DNA from: a bacterium
GTDB lineage: Bacteria; UBA8248
Assembly: GCA_965203325.1 (NCBI GenBank)
Contig: OZ241875.1
Coordinates: 1,920,001-1,984,000 of the forward strand
Reading direction: 5' to 3'
Length of the DNA stretch: 64,000 bases
In this document: piece after piece, positions 1 to 8,883 of the stretch
Numbering within the stretch: position 1 is the stretch's first letter
Layout: each line of letters starts with the position of its first letter
Notes under the pieces: model-generated
What the model was told of the DNA's origin: nothing
The model's input: the letters and a program-made list of their open reading frames with translations, nothing else
The model's database searches: none
Translations under genes and position numbers: made by a program

Positions 1-559
1 GTTCCACGAATTCGACGCCGTATCCCTGTTCCGTAAAGTGGCCCCGGAATTCCTCCACGTCAATCGGTTCGCAGGGAAGGTAGGCGTCGAGCCATCTCGC
101 CAGCCGTTCAGAGTCGCCGTCTTCATCTTCGGGTTTCCAGACCAGGCCGGAGAAGGCGATCCATCCCCCGGGCTTCACTATCCGGGTCAAGCTCCTCAGC
201 TTGCCCGTGCCGTTCGAGGGGTAAGCGGGTCCGCACAAAAGCGCCAGATCAAAATAATCGTCATCGAAGGGAAAATCATCGCTCGAATGCGTCAGCAAGT
301 CGATGAGATGGGACAAATCTTCGAACAGAATTCGCCGTCTTCCGTCTTCCACGAACTCGGGGCGATCATCGAGGCCGATTGCCGAACATCCGAACATCCG
401 CGCGAGCGAAATGACGCTCCCGCCCTTGCCGCACGATGCGTCGAAAACCTGAAAATCCGCCGACAAGCCGATATGCTCGCCAATCTTTTTGAGCGTGCTT
501 ACCGAGATGGGAACGAGGAAATGATTGTGCTTGAAACGCTCGAACAGGTCGGGTTGCAT
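1..559 (-). CDS. Class I SAM-dependent methyltransferase (3' end runs off the window)
   Basis: Manual minus-strand translation from ATG at 559: MQPDLFERF...FQVFDASCGKGGSV...AIGLDDRPEFVE...FPFDDDYFDLALL, showing SAM-binding motif I and a PFxDxxFD motif. The + strand ORF 38..583 is its shadow. Confidence 0.75.
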   Translation of the reverse strand, partial: MQPDLFERFKHNHFLVPISVSTLKKIGEHIGLSADFQVFDASCGKGGSVISLARMFGCSAIGLDDRPEFVEDGRRRILFEDLSHLIDLLTHSSDDFPFDDDYFDLALLCGPAYPSNGTGKLRSLTRIVKPGGWIAFSGLVWKPEDEDGDSERLARWLDAYLPCEPIDVEEFRGHFTEQGYGVEFVE

Positions 560-579
560 GAAGCGGGCTTGAAAGAGAG

Positions 580-687
580 CTAAAAAATCGAGAGGCCGAT
601 TAAATCGAGCATCAGGATAATCGTGCTCAAGCCCAGGATTCCACCAATGATGAGGGCGAACAATCCGAAAAGTTTTCCGTATACCAT
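580..687 (-). CDS. Small 35-aa hydrophobic membrane peptide
   Basis: MVYGKLFGLFALIIGGILGLSTIILMLDLIGLSIF*; GGGAGA RBS upstream; fills the gap between two co-oriented genes; below the ORF-track cutoff. Confidence 0.55.
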   Translation of the reverse strand: MVYGKLFGLFALIIGGILGLSTIILMLDLIGLSIF

Positions 688-718
688 GACTGCTTTCTCC
701 CAACGATTAGAACAACGG

Positions 719-1642
719 CTATTTCTTTTTGCCTTTCCCCTTCGCGGACGTCCTGGCAGGCTGCGACTTGCTGATCTGCATGAACACCTTGCCGTCCTTC
801 AATACAGTAACACTTCCCGTCGACTCGCTGATAGCGAACGATATGGCCGTGCTTACTTCCGTTATACCCGCTCCGGCCATATGACGCGAACCCAGCCCGG
901 GGGGCAAATCATTCTCGGGCGCCGCGTTCAGGTGCCTGCCGGCGGCTTCGATGATCCCGTCTCCCCGGATGACGAATGCGCCGTCGATGGCGCTGAACTC
1001 CTTGATGGTCTCGCGCAGGGCCGGGTCCATGATGTTTCTCTGCTCTTCCGGGTATCCATGAAAGGGGTTGATGACGAGTTGGCGTGAATACTGCAGCACC
1101 AGATCATGGTCTCCCAGAACGAAAAGCGCGCCGCGGGGCTTTCCCTCCCGCCCTTCGGCGCCGAGTTCGAGAGCGAGCGACAAGACCGTCTCGAACACCT
1201 TCGGGTCTACGCCTTCGACGGCGCTTTGCGTTTCCGATGTCTGGAGCATTTCTTTTTCGCGGTCCAGATGAAAGACCATGAGCGTGTCGATTTCTTCGTT
1301 CTCCGGCAAGCCCGAGAGGCAAACTACGGTGTCGTTCTGTGTGATGGAGCCTTCGCTCAAGGCGATCACGACGCCCATCTTGATGATGTCGATCCGGTTC
1401 AGGGACAGGGCGGGCAATTGCATGACCTTGCAACCCCGCTTTTCCAATTCCTCGTAGAGGTCGGGGGAGCAGGTGGTGGTGAAATGCTCCACGCCGACGG
1501 GGAGGTCCATCAAGGCGTCCAGATCCTTCATCGCGTCCGCATGAATGAAAACGGCCTTGGCTTCGAGTTCGTTGCAGATTTGCGAAGCCGCGGCGATGAT
1601 GCTTTCGCTGAGGCCGGCTTGTTTTTCGGCCGCTTCTCTCAC
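719..1642 (-). CDS. dacZ: Diadenylate cyclase (DisA_N/DAC domain) with N-terminal extension, DacZ/CdaZ-like
   Basis: EGREGKPRGALFVLGD, catalytic DGA (SAIDGAFVI) and GLGSRHMAG, AISESTGSVTV; ~140-aa alpha/beta N-terminal region; no TM helices. Confidence 0.75.
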   Translation of the reverse strand: MREAAEKQAGLSESIIAAASQICNELEAKAVFIHADAMKDLDALMDLPVGVEHFTTTCSPDLYEELEKRGCKVMQLPALSLNRIDIIKMGVVIALSEGSITQNDTVVCLSGLPENEEIDTLMVFHLDREKEMLQTSETQSAVEGVDPKVFETVLSLALELGAEGREGKPRGALFVLGDHDLVLQYSRQLVINPFHGYPEEQRNIMDPALRETIKEFSAIDGAFVIRGDGIIEAAGRHLNAAPENDLPPGLGSRHMAGAGITEVSTAISFAISESTGSVTVLKDGKVFMQISKSQPARTSAKGKGKKK

Positions 1643-1644
1643 CC

Positions 1645-3117
1645 TTATCCCTTTCCTTCCAGCGCCACGTAGAACGTCGTGCCCCGCCGCTCGACCACCA
1701 GCAGATTTCCCTTGTTTTTTCCTTTTTTCAACGCTTCCCGCAACTGTTCCGTATCGGCGATCGCCTTGCGGTTGGCCTCGATGATGACGTCGCCCCGGCG
1801 CAGACCGGCTGCTGCCGCGGGGCTGTCGGGCATTACGTTGGTGATGACGACGCCCTTCTTCGCCTTCGCCCCGACTTGCTTTTTGACCTCGGGCGTCAGT
1901 TTTTGCCCCTCGATGCCCAGATCCTTCTGGAGCGTGGGTTTCGTCGCTTTCGCCATTTCTTCTTTCGAACCGGGCAGCCTGGCGACTTTCAGCTTGACCT
2001 CGCGTTTTGCGCCGTCCCGAATGATGCCGACTTCGGCGGTGGAACCCGGCTTCAAGTCGGCCGCGGTCATGGAGAGTTGACGGGGGGTTTTAATTTTTTT
2101 CTCGTTGATGCTTACGATCACGTCGCCTCTTTTGATGCCGGCTTTTTCCGCGGGCGCGTTTTCAATCACATTGGAGACCAAAGCGCCGTGCGTATCCTTC
2201 AGGCCCAATCCCTTCGCCAGACTCTCGTTGACGGGTTGAATGGACACGCCCAGGAATCCGCGGGTCACCACGCCCGTGCGAAGCTGGGGGAGCAGCTTTT
2301 TGGCCATGTTGATCGGTATGGCGAAACCGATGCCAATATTTCCGCCGCTTCTGCTGAAAATGGCGGTGTTGATGCCCACGACGTTTCCGTTCAAATCGAA
2401 GAGGGGCCCGCCGCTGTTTCCCGGATTGATGGAGGCGTCGGTTTGAATGAAGTCGTCGAACCGGCCCGATCCGATGACGCGCCCCTTGGCGCTCACGATC
2501 CCGGCCGTCACCGTGTGGGATAATCCGAACGGATTTCCGATGGCCATCACCCAGTCGCCCACGCGAAGTTTTTCGCTGTCCCCGAGCTTGAGCGCAGTGA
2601 ACGTATCTCCGGGTTTCGTTTCTATCTGGAGCAGCGCGATGTCGGTTTGGGAATCTCGGCCCACGACTTTCGCTTTTCGCTTCTTCTGATCCTGGAAGCG
2701 GATCGTGATTCGGGACGCTTTTTCGACGACGTGGTTGTTCGTGAGGATCAGGCCCTTCTCGCTCACGATAAAGCCCGATCCCTGGCTCTGCTGTCTGGGC
2801 TGCGGCCGCGAACGGCCGCGAGGTCCGGGGCCGAAGGGGCCTTCATGGAAACGCCGGAAAAATTCGTTCCACATATCACCGGGAAATCCCGGGAACTGGC
2901 TTCCCGAACTCGCTTCCACCCTGGTTTCCGTACTGATGTTCACCACCGAGGGGCTGAGTTTTTCGACCAGTCCGGCCAGGGACGGTAGTTTCCCTGCACT
3001 GACTGCGGACTGGGCGTTCGCCGGCGCGAAAAACAGGGCCAGACCCAGGAACGTCGCGGCGAGAACGCAGGTGGAACGCACCGATTTGAATTTTGGAAGA
3101 TAAAGAGTATTCCGCAT
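1645..3117 (-). CDS. degP: Do/DegP/HtrA periplasmic serine endopeptidase with two PDZ domains
   Basis: Signal peptide, LTNNHVV, DIALL, IQTDASINPGNSGGPL, two PDZ repeats; start moved to MRNTLY (3117). Confidence 0.9.
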   Translation of the reverse strand: MRNTLYLPKFKSVRSTCVLAATFLGLALFFAPANAQSAVSAGKLPSLAGLVEKLSPSVVNISTETRVEASSGSQFPGFPGDMWNEFFRRFHEGPFGPGPRGRSRPQPRQQSQGSGFIVSEKGLILTNNHVVEKASRITIRFQDQKKRKAKVVGRDSQTDIALLQIETKPGDTFTALKLGDSEKLRVGDWVMAIGNPFGLSHTVTAGIVSAKGRVIGSGRFDDFIQTDASINPGNSGGPLFDLNGNVVGINTAIFSRSGGNIGIGFAIPINMAKKLLPQLRTGVVTRGFLGVSIQPVNESLAKGLGLKDTHGALVSNVIENAPAEKAGIKRGDVIVSINEKKIKTPRQLSMTAADLKPGSTAEVGIIRDGAKREVKLKVARLPGSKEEMAKATKPTLQKDLGIEGQKLTPEVKKQVGAKAKKGVVITNVMPDSPAAAAGLRRGDVIIEANRKAIADTEQLREALKKGKNKGNLLVVERRGTTFYVALEGKG

Positions 3118-3325
3118 TTTTCCCCTTCTCCATACATCAAATGCGACGGCGGCGACAAACACCACATCACTGGTTTTAGATATACCAAAGTTCCATCCAT
3201 GTGAAAATCGACAAATAGCTGAAAAAAGCTTGATTATCGCTTTCATCGCGGTTGGTGCGGATGAAAAGGGGCGATTCCCCGCTGTTCGCATCGACGCGGG
3301 GCGGGTGGAGGGATATTCTCTCCGT

Positions 3326-3635
3326 GGGGTTGTTGAAAAAATCCGTAAGGGATGGTTTGACCCGACAAATCCGGGAAGGCGTGGCAAATCCGCTTTTGAT
3401 CGTCATTCCGGCATGTCTCGGAATGACGGCAATCCCGGCATTACAGGGTTTTTGAACAACCCCTTGACAGGGGTAAAGGCAACCCCCCCTACCCCCCCTT
3501 GTCAGGGGGGCAAGAAAAAGCAAAACCCCCTCGGCCCGGCGGGGGCGAATCGTCTTTTTATACCCCCCTGACAAGGGGGGGTAGGGGGGGTTGGTTTTAT
3601 GGGGTTTCCCTTTCAGGGACTTTTTCAACACCCCC
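3326..3635. repeat. Composite palindromic repeat cassette (IS-like ends + degenerate CGTC REP + CCCCCCT-type REP pair)
   Basis: GGGGTTGTTGAAAAA ... TTTTTCAACACCCC ends; internal CGTCATTCCGGC..CGGAATGACG; ACCCCCCCTACCCCCCCTTGTCAGGGGGG and its inverse. Confidence 0.75.
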
Positions 3636-3698
3636 TCCCTCGTCTGTGAGAAAACCGCCCAGGCCTCACCCGGGAGAGTTTTTGGAAACGATGAGCGT

Positions 3699-4574
3699 AT
3701 GAGTCTTGAATCCCAAACCATTCTACTGGCCATTTCGGCGGCTTTCGTGAGCGCGGCGACCAACATCACCTTCGCGCCCGCCCTGCGGCAGATGGGTTCG
3801 TTCGCGCTCGCCCAGTTCAACAACCTGGGCAACACCCTCATGCTGGGGGCCATCGGTTTCTGGCTCTACGAGGCGGGGAGTTTCCGCTGGGAGGCGTTCG
3901 CCTGGTTCGGCGTTCTGGGCGTGATGAACTACAGCATCAACCGCTGGGTCTTCTACACCGGCATGAACATCGTCGGCCCCGCGCGCCACATCACCATCAC
4001 GAGCATGGTCCCGCTTCCCAGCCTGATTCTGGCCGTCGTCTTCCTGGGAGAAGAACCCGGCCGGTGGGTGGTGCTCGGCACGGTTCTCGTCGTCTTCGGC
4101 ATCGCCGCCGTGAGCTACGAACCCTCGGGCGGAAGATGGTTCCGCGCGGGCGTCGGCTGGTCGCTCATGAGCATGCTCATGCTGGTCGCAAGCGCCTTCA
4201 TGCGCAAGCAGGGCATGTCGTACATGGCGGCGCCCGCCCTGCTCACGGCGTGGTCGGCCATGGTCGCCATACCGACTTCCGAGGCCTTCCGGCATTTTCT
4301 CCCGAAGCGTTATTTCGAGTGGGGCTCGAAGCGCTATCTTCCGCTGCTGATCTTCGGAACGATCATCAACGGGCTGATGCAGATACTCATCAACCTCTCG
4401 CTCAAGGGAAAGCTCTCGCTCGCGGTTCCCATCTTGAGCAGCACGCCGATTTTCGCCTTGTGCCTCTCGGCCCTGTTCCTGCGAAAGATCGAACGCCTGA
4501 ACGCGCGCGTGGTGTTCGGCATACTCATCGCCGTGCTGGGCATCGTGGCGGTGAGCATCGGGCGGCACGGTTAG
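3699..4574 (+). CDS. DMT/EamA family transporter
   Basis: About 10 hydrophobic helices, internal duplication, LAVVFLGEEP motif. Confidence 0.85.
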   Translation: MSLESQTILLAISAAFVSAATNITFAPALRQMGSFALAQFNNLGNTLMLGAIGFWLYEAGSFRWEAFAWFGVLGVMNYSINRWVFYTGMNIVGPARHITITSMVPLPSLILAVVFLGEEPGRWVVLGTVLVVFGIAAVSYEPSGGRWFRAGVGWSLMSMLMLVASAFMRKQGMSYMAAPALLTAWSAMVAIPTSEAFRHFLPKRYFEWGSKRYLPLLIFGTIINGLMQILINLSLKGKLSLAVPILSSTPIFALCLSALFLRKIERLNARVVFGILIAVLGIVAVSIGRHG

Positions 4575-4580
4575 GCGGCC

Positions 4581-5450
4581 ATGGACAACACGATGGGGAT
4601 CGTCTGGGCGCTGGCCGCGGCGAGCATGGCGGCGTTCACGGGCGTTCTCGCCGCGCGGCCCCTGCGGCACATGGGCCTGATGTCCGCGACCCTGCTCACC
4701 AACGTCTTCAACATGCTCGTTCTGGCCCTTTTCGGCTGGTGGGAATACGACCCTGCGGACGTGACGCTCGAGGGACTGCTCTGGTTCGCCCTTCTGGGCG
4801 TCACCGCCTACAGCTACGGGCGGCTGGTGTATTACAAGGCGATCGACTCCATCGGCCCGCCGAGGCTGATGACGCTCATGAGTACGTCCCCGCTGCTCAG
4901 CCTGTCTCTGGCCGTCCTGTTCCTGGGCGAGCAGCCCGGCCCGGCCGTTCTCGCGGGCACGGGCCTCGTGGTGGCGGGCGTCATCCTGGTGAGCTACGAA
5001 CCCGCCAAAGGGCGCTGGTTCCAGCCGGCGATTCTCTGGGGTTTCGCGAGCGCCGTCTCGCTCGGCGTGAGCGTGTTCATCCGCAAGAAGGGCCTCGACG
5101 CCATGCCGAACGTCGCCCTCACGGTGGCGTGGTCGAACATGGTGAGCATCCCCATCATCTACAGCTTGAGATACATCACCCCGCCCGCGCTGTTCGACTG
5201 GGGGCCGCGCTGGGCGGTCGTGACCATCATCGTGGTCGGCGTGCTGAACTCGGGCAACCAGCTCCTCTACAACCTCGCCATCATCAACGCCGAGGTCAGC
5301 GTCGTTGGCCCCATCATCGCCTCGATGCCGATCTTCTCGGTCATCTTCACCGTCCTCATGCTGCGTGACATGACGCGCGTGCGGCCCCGCCTCGTCGCGG
5401 GCGTATGCGTCACGGTGGCGGGGATGATCGCCGTCGCGCTGGGGCGTTGA
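4581..5450 (+). CDS. DMT/EamA family transporter (paralogue of upstream gene)
   Basis: About 10 TM helices, LAVLFLGEQP, SYEP..GRWF motif shared with the upstream gene. Confidence 0.85.
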   Translation: MDNTMGIVWALAAASMAAFTGVLAARPLRHMGLMSATLLTNVFNMLVLALFGWWEYDPADVTLEGLLWFALLGVTAYSYGRLVYYKAIDSIGPPRLMTLMSTSPLLSLSLAVLFLGEQPGPAVLAGTGLVVAGVILVSYEPAKGRWFQPAILWGFASAVSLGVSVFIRKKGLDAMPNVALTVAWSNMVSIPIIYSLRYITPPALFDWGPRWAVVTIIVVGVLNSGNQLLYNLAIINAEVSVVGPIIASMPIFSVIFTVLMLRDMTRVRPRLVAGVCVTVAGMIAVALGR

Positions 5451-5683
5451 GGGGCGGAACAAAAACGCCGCAGGCTCACTCCGGCGGGCCGGCGCTTCAT
5501 GCACGGTTGCACTCGCTCACCACTTCCTGGAACCGCGCAGGGTTTCGCCGCCGAACTCATGACTCAACCGGAGATGAAGCATGAAGAGCTAGAGTTTTTC
5601 TTGCAATTAGCGGGTGATATCCGTCTGATGTTTTTCTCTTTTCCTCACCCTGAGTAGCGGCGAAAGTAAAACGCGACTAAGAA

Positions 5684-5939
5684 GGGGTCGTTGAAAAAGC
5701 CCCTCGATGCGAGAAAACCACCGTCATTCCGGCGAAAGCCGGAATCCATTTTATGATTTTTACTTTCAGTTTTCGCATTTGACTCCGACTCGCGAGAAGG
5801 AGCGTCATGCCCGAATCCGGAACGGATGAGGCGGATATATATGGCGGCGTCCGTATCTCCCCCGGTCGGGAGAGAGGACGTCCAGCCGAAAGGCCAAAGA
5901 CAAAGGCGAAAATGGATTCCGGCTTTCGCCGGAATGACG
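5684..5939. repeat. REPIN-like unit: inverted pair of CGTCATTCCGGCGAAAGCCGGAATCC palindromes with conserved spacer, preceded by an IS-like end
   Basis: Palindromes at 5722-5747 and 5914-5939; homologous units at 24165, 35059 and 37243; GGGTCGTTGAAAAAG leader. Confidence 0.85.
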
Positions 5940-6030
5940 GCGGTGGTCAAAACCGAGCGAGAAGCGAGGTTTTGCGGACCGCTGATATCCTGCTCCGCCT
6001 ACAATCGCTCCTTCATCAGGAACACCCTCC

Positions 6031-6142
6031 CTTAGCTTCGGCGACCGTCCAGACTCGGCGGGACTTGGGATGTCGTTCGCTCATGGCTCCTTCAAATGAA
6101 AAAACACAGTCCAATGCAGACTATATTATTAGTCGGCGTCAA
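6031..6142 (-). pseudogene. Truncated copy of the Phd/YefM antitoxin 5' end and promoter
   Basis: MSERHPKSRRVWTVAEAK followed by an early stop; DNA closely matches 9531-9641 including upstream sequence. Confidence 0.75.
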
Positions 6143-6180
6143 ACGGGGAATGCGCGGGGCCGCGGGCCGGCGAAAAAAGT

Positions 6181-6216
6181 CTGTTCGACGTCCCTCTCCG
6201 AGAAACCTGCTGTCAG
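6181..6216 (-). pseudogene. Possible N-terminal scar of type I restriction subunit HsdR
   Basis: (L)TAGFSERDVEQ overlaps the DUF4411 stop and resembles HsdR N-termini (F-T/S-E-x-x-V-E-Q); very short. Confidence 0.35.
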
Positions 6217-6719
6217 GTAGCCACTCCGCCGGATCCCAGAACAAACCTCGCTCCTTCCCGGCGCAACATCGTGTATGGGTTCACGCAGCGGAGGCCTAAA
6301 CTGACGCAGGCAGTTGGAATCTTGATTTGCCTGGTCGTATCGGCAGGCACTTCATGTGTGACGACGATACAACCATGCGCCAGCGCATGGGAGATGAGCC
6401 AGTAGTCGGCGACCTGAAGAAACGTGGCGATGGCAGCGGGCTCATAGTCTTGATTGCTCGCCCATTCGCTGACGGTACGGAGAGAAGGCAAAACGGCATC
6501 ATCCGGCTTCAAGAAGAAAGTATCATTTCGCGCCTCGGCCCATTGGGTCAATTCGTCCTGGCCTGCATACAGTTCGTCCCCGACCTTCTCGACACTCGCC
6601 ACCTTCCCGGCGAGATTCTGCTCATCCAGCCATTGCCAAAACGCCGGACAGAAATCGAACCCGTAATGCAGATTCTTGGCCTGGATAAAGACGTTTGCAT
6701 CGAGAAGGTAATCGATCAT
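6213..6719 (-). CDS. DUF4411 family PIN-like protein
   Basis: YLLDANVFIQAKNLHYGFDFCPAFW, ADYWLISHA, VVTHE, IKIP motifs; coupled to the upstream ImmA/IrrE gene. Confidence 0.85.
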   Translation of the reverse strand: MIDYLLDANVFIQAKNLHYGFDFCPAFWQWLDEQNLAGKVASVEKVGDELYAGQDELTQWAEARNDTFFLKPDDAVLPSLRTVSEWASNQDYEPAAIATFLQVADYWLISHALAHGCIVVTHEVPADTTRQIKIPTACVSLGLRCVNPYTMLRREGARFVLGSGGVAT

Positions 6720-7867
6720 TCGATCACTCCGACTTCCCGTCCGAGATTTTCGAATGTCTCCGTCCTGGAGATTCCGAGCATCCGGAAGGCGTCACGATAG
6801 AGCGTATGCCCTTCCAGCGTGCTTACCACCAATGCGCGCGTAAACCTGCGACTCACACGGGCTATGGTCGTGTGATAAAAGTTGCCTCCACCGCCGTCCT
6901 TCGAGGGTTTCTGTAATCGCCTGCGTTCTTGTTCCCATGCCGAATTGAAGGAAGCCCGATCCAGCCTGCCTGCGTCCAGAAGCCGGCGCAGCACGACCAA
7001 GGTGCTCACCTTGAAAGTCCTCGCCAGACGCGACAGCGTATCGTCCAACAATTCTTTATCGCGCAGTTCAGCGCGCAAGGCGGACAGGGGAACCAGCAAC
7101 TCGGCGGCCACGGCGTTGCACCATATCTCTTCTCGTCGAAAACCCTGCCGGGGCGTTGTCCCTATGTTCGACAACGCCGAAGCGCCCAGCCACAGATGGG
7201 CCAGTTCATGCGCAAGCGTGAACATCTGAGCCGCCTTGGTATCCGACCCATTGATGAAGATTAGCGGCGCAAGGGGATCGGAAAGCGCAAAGCCACGAAA
7301 TTCGACCGGGTCAAGACGCCGGTGATTGTTATTCATGACAACTCCGCTGATCATCACAAGCACGCCAGTCTTCTCGGCTTGAAGGATGAACATCCTGAGT
7401 GCGTCGGCCCATGTTCGGCACTCTCGTCGAGCGTCGAGATTGAAGCTGAGGATATTCCGCATTCGGGTTGCGACTTCTTCTGGCGGTATTGCAATCGTGG
7501 CGCTGCCGACGAAGCTGCGTTCAGCCTGCCGCGTGATGCGGACGAAATCTCTATACCAACTCTGTCGTTCCTGACAGGCGTAGATCGTATCCAGCAGATT
7601 CGGGCTCGGGCGTCTTACATCCTCCCCGGGAAAGGTGCGGAAGTCGGGGATGGGCACCGCTTCCTCTGGAGGTTTTGTGAGGAACAGGTAACCGACCGGC
7701 ACGTGAACGGCGCGAGCAAAGTCTTCTACTTGTTTCAGAGTGGGTTGTGTCTCGCCGGTTTCCCACTCAGGCAATCTCTTGAACTTGCGAATCAGCTCGT
7801 CTTGCGTCAGCCCGGCGCGTTCTCGCGCCCAGCGCAGAAGCTCTTTACTGATAGCGATGCGGGTCAT
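6716..7867 (-). CDS. XRE-HTH + ImmA/IrrE (M78) metallopeptidase
   Basis: N-terminal HTH (LRWARERAGLTQ..WETGETQPTLKQ), IPDFRT, FTLAHELAHLW (HExxH), EIWCNAVAAELLVP. Confidence 0.9.
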   Translation of the reverse strand: MTRIAISKELLRWARERAGLTQDELIRKFKRLPEWETGETQPTLKQVEDFARAVHVPVGYLFLTKPPEEAVPIPDFRTFPGEDVRRPSPNLLDTIYACQERQSWYRDFVRITRQAERSFVGSATIAIPPEEVATRMRNILSFNLDARRECRTWADALRMFILQAEKTGVLVMISGVVMNNNHRRLDPVEFRGFALSDPLAPLIFINGSDTKAAQMFTLAHELAHLWLGASALSNIGTTPRQGFRREEIWCNAVAAELLVPLSALRAELRDKELLDDTLSRLARTFKVSTLVVLRRLLDAGRLDRASFNSAWEQERRRLQKPSKDGGGGNFYHTTIARVSRRFTRALVVSTLEGHTLYRDAFRMLGISRTETFENLGREVGVIE

Positions 7868-7947
7868 TCGACGTTCTCCACCACTTCCTCGGCATCACGA
7901 AGGCGGATTTCACCCGACACGAGCTTCGGCAGCAACGCATCCCGCAA
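7864..7947 (-). pseudogene. hsdS: C-terminal scar of type I R-M specificity subunit HsdS
   Basis: LRDALLPKLVSGEIRLRDAEEVVENVE*, the characteristic HsdS C-terminus; its stop overlaps the ImmA start (ATGA). Confidence 0.75.
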
Positions 7948-7989
7948 AGGTCCCCTCCAATTGCCAATTCTTCCGGGTTCCCGGCGTTC

Positions 7990-8093
7990 GCGTCACGCTC
8001 GTAGTCCGCAAACGCCTTGCCGGTGGTAAACTCCATCAGCAGGTCGGCGGCGTGCTGAATGTCTTACAGGTATTTCCTGGCTTCAAGACGCAT
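7990..8093 (-). pseudogene. Truncated HepT/DUF86 (HEPN) toxin
   Basis: MRLEARKYL*DIQHAADLLMEFTTGKAFADYERDA: DUF86 N-terminus with an in-frame TAA and a 3' truncation; overlaps the end of the MNT gene. Confidence 0.75.
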
Positions 8094-8391
8094 AGATGGG
8101 AGTCCTCGTCTTATCTACCGACTGCAGGAAATACGGATTCCTGATGGCCGAGCCGACCACCAAATCAACCTGCTTTCCAAAGAGTTGCTCCAGGGACTCC
8201 AGTAAACCGAAATAGGCGTCCGCATAAGTGGAAAGAGCCTCCGGTTTGAACTCGACCACGAAGTCCAGGTCACTCACGCCCGAATCGTACCGCTCCGTCG
8301 AGGCCGACCCGAACAGGTCGAGCCGCTGTACGCCATAACGAATACAAAGACGCTTCAGATCGTCTGCTCTCTCCTCGACGGCGGGAATCAT
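8083..8391 (-). CDS. Minimal nucleotidyltransferase (MNT) antitoxin
   Basis: LDLFGSAS..SDLDFVVEF..VDLV..IRNPYF, 102 aa. Confidence 0.88.
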   Translation of the reverse strand: MIPAVEERADDLKRLCIRYGVQRLDLFGSASTERYDSGVSDLDFVVEFKPEALSTYADAYFGLLESLEQLFGKQVDLVVGSAIRNPYFLQSVDKTRTPIYAS

Positions 8392-8552
8392 CGCCTCTCC
8401 TTTACTCCAAACCCCAGACTCTCAATATTGGCCTCGATGGCCGCATCCATCGCGCCGCGCAGGGTGTCGGCCATCTGCCAAAGTTCGCGCTCACAGCCCG
8501 TCGTGGCTCCGCCCCCGGATTCCTGGTTCTTCTTCAATGCTGTCCGCGCCAT
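8388..8552 (-). pseudogene. hsdM: Internally deleted type I methyltransferase HsdM (N- and C-termini fused in frame, 54 aa)
   Basis: MARTALKKNQESGGGATTGCERELWQMADTLRGAMDAA|IEANIESLGFGVKERR*: HsdM N-terminal LWQMADxLRGxMDAA joined to C-terminal DAAIEANxxxLGFG. Confidence 0.75.
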
Positions 8553-8720
8553 GGTTCCTTTATCTCATCTGTCAGGCGTCATCGGTGGATATGTCATTCG
8601 CCGCCGGGCAGTTTACAAATCGAGGCAAAGGTTGTCATCCGGCGAATCCGGTGAGCCGGTTCCGACACCGGAATGACGGGCAAAGGTGCGTTCGGCTTGC
8701 CCTCTCTCGCCCTGAAAAGC

Positions 8721-8832
8721 AACCCCCCCTACCCCCCCTTGTCAGGGGGCAAGAAAGAGCAAAGTCCCCTTAACCCGGCCGGGGCGTATCGCCTTTTTAT
8801 ACCCCCCTGTCAAGGGGGGGTAGGGGGGGTTG
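8721..8832. repeat. CCCCCCT-type REP inverted pair
   Basis: AACCCCCCCTACCCCCCCTTGTCAGGGGG ... CCCCCCTGTCAAGGGGGGGTAGGGGGGGTT; homologous to 3481-3592, 23923-24088 and 26121-26150. Confidence 0.85.
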
Positions 8833-8883
8833 CTTTCAAAGAGGTAGGTCGGGGTTCGGGGCGGCGGGCGACCTGCCGGGTGG

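Noticed and set aside
3118..3387. 90-aa N-terminal extension of DegP in the ORF track
   Set aside because: Runs into a repeat cassette; the signal peptide starts near 3117.
3723..5504. Long antisense/alternate-frame ORFs (e.g. 3723-5504, 10270-11820, 24228-25793, 35031-37160, 48197-49675)
   Set aside because: Shadows of well-supported genes in GC-rich DNA; no recognisable motifs.
5645..6220. ORFs containing VIPAKAGIH / MDSGFRRND / PPYPPLSGG
   Set aside because: Translations of REP palindromes, not real proteins; the same applies at ~24100-24500, 26080-26430, 34990-35450 and 37100-37510.
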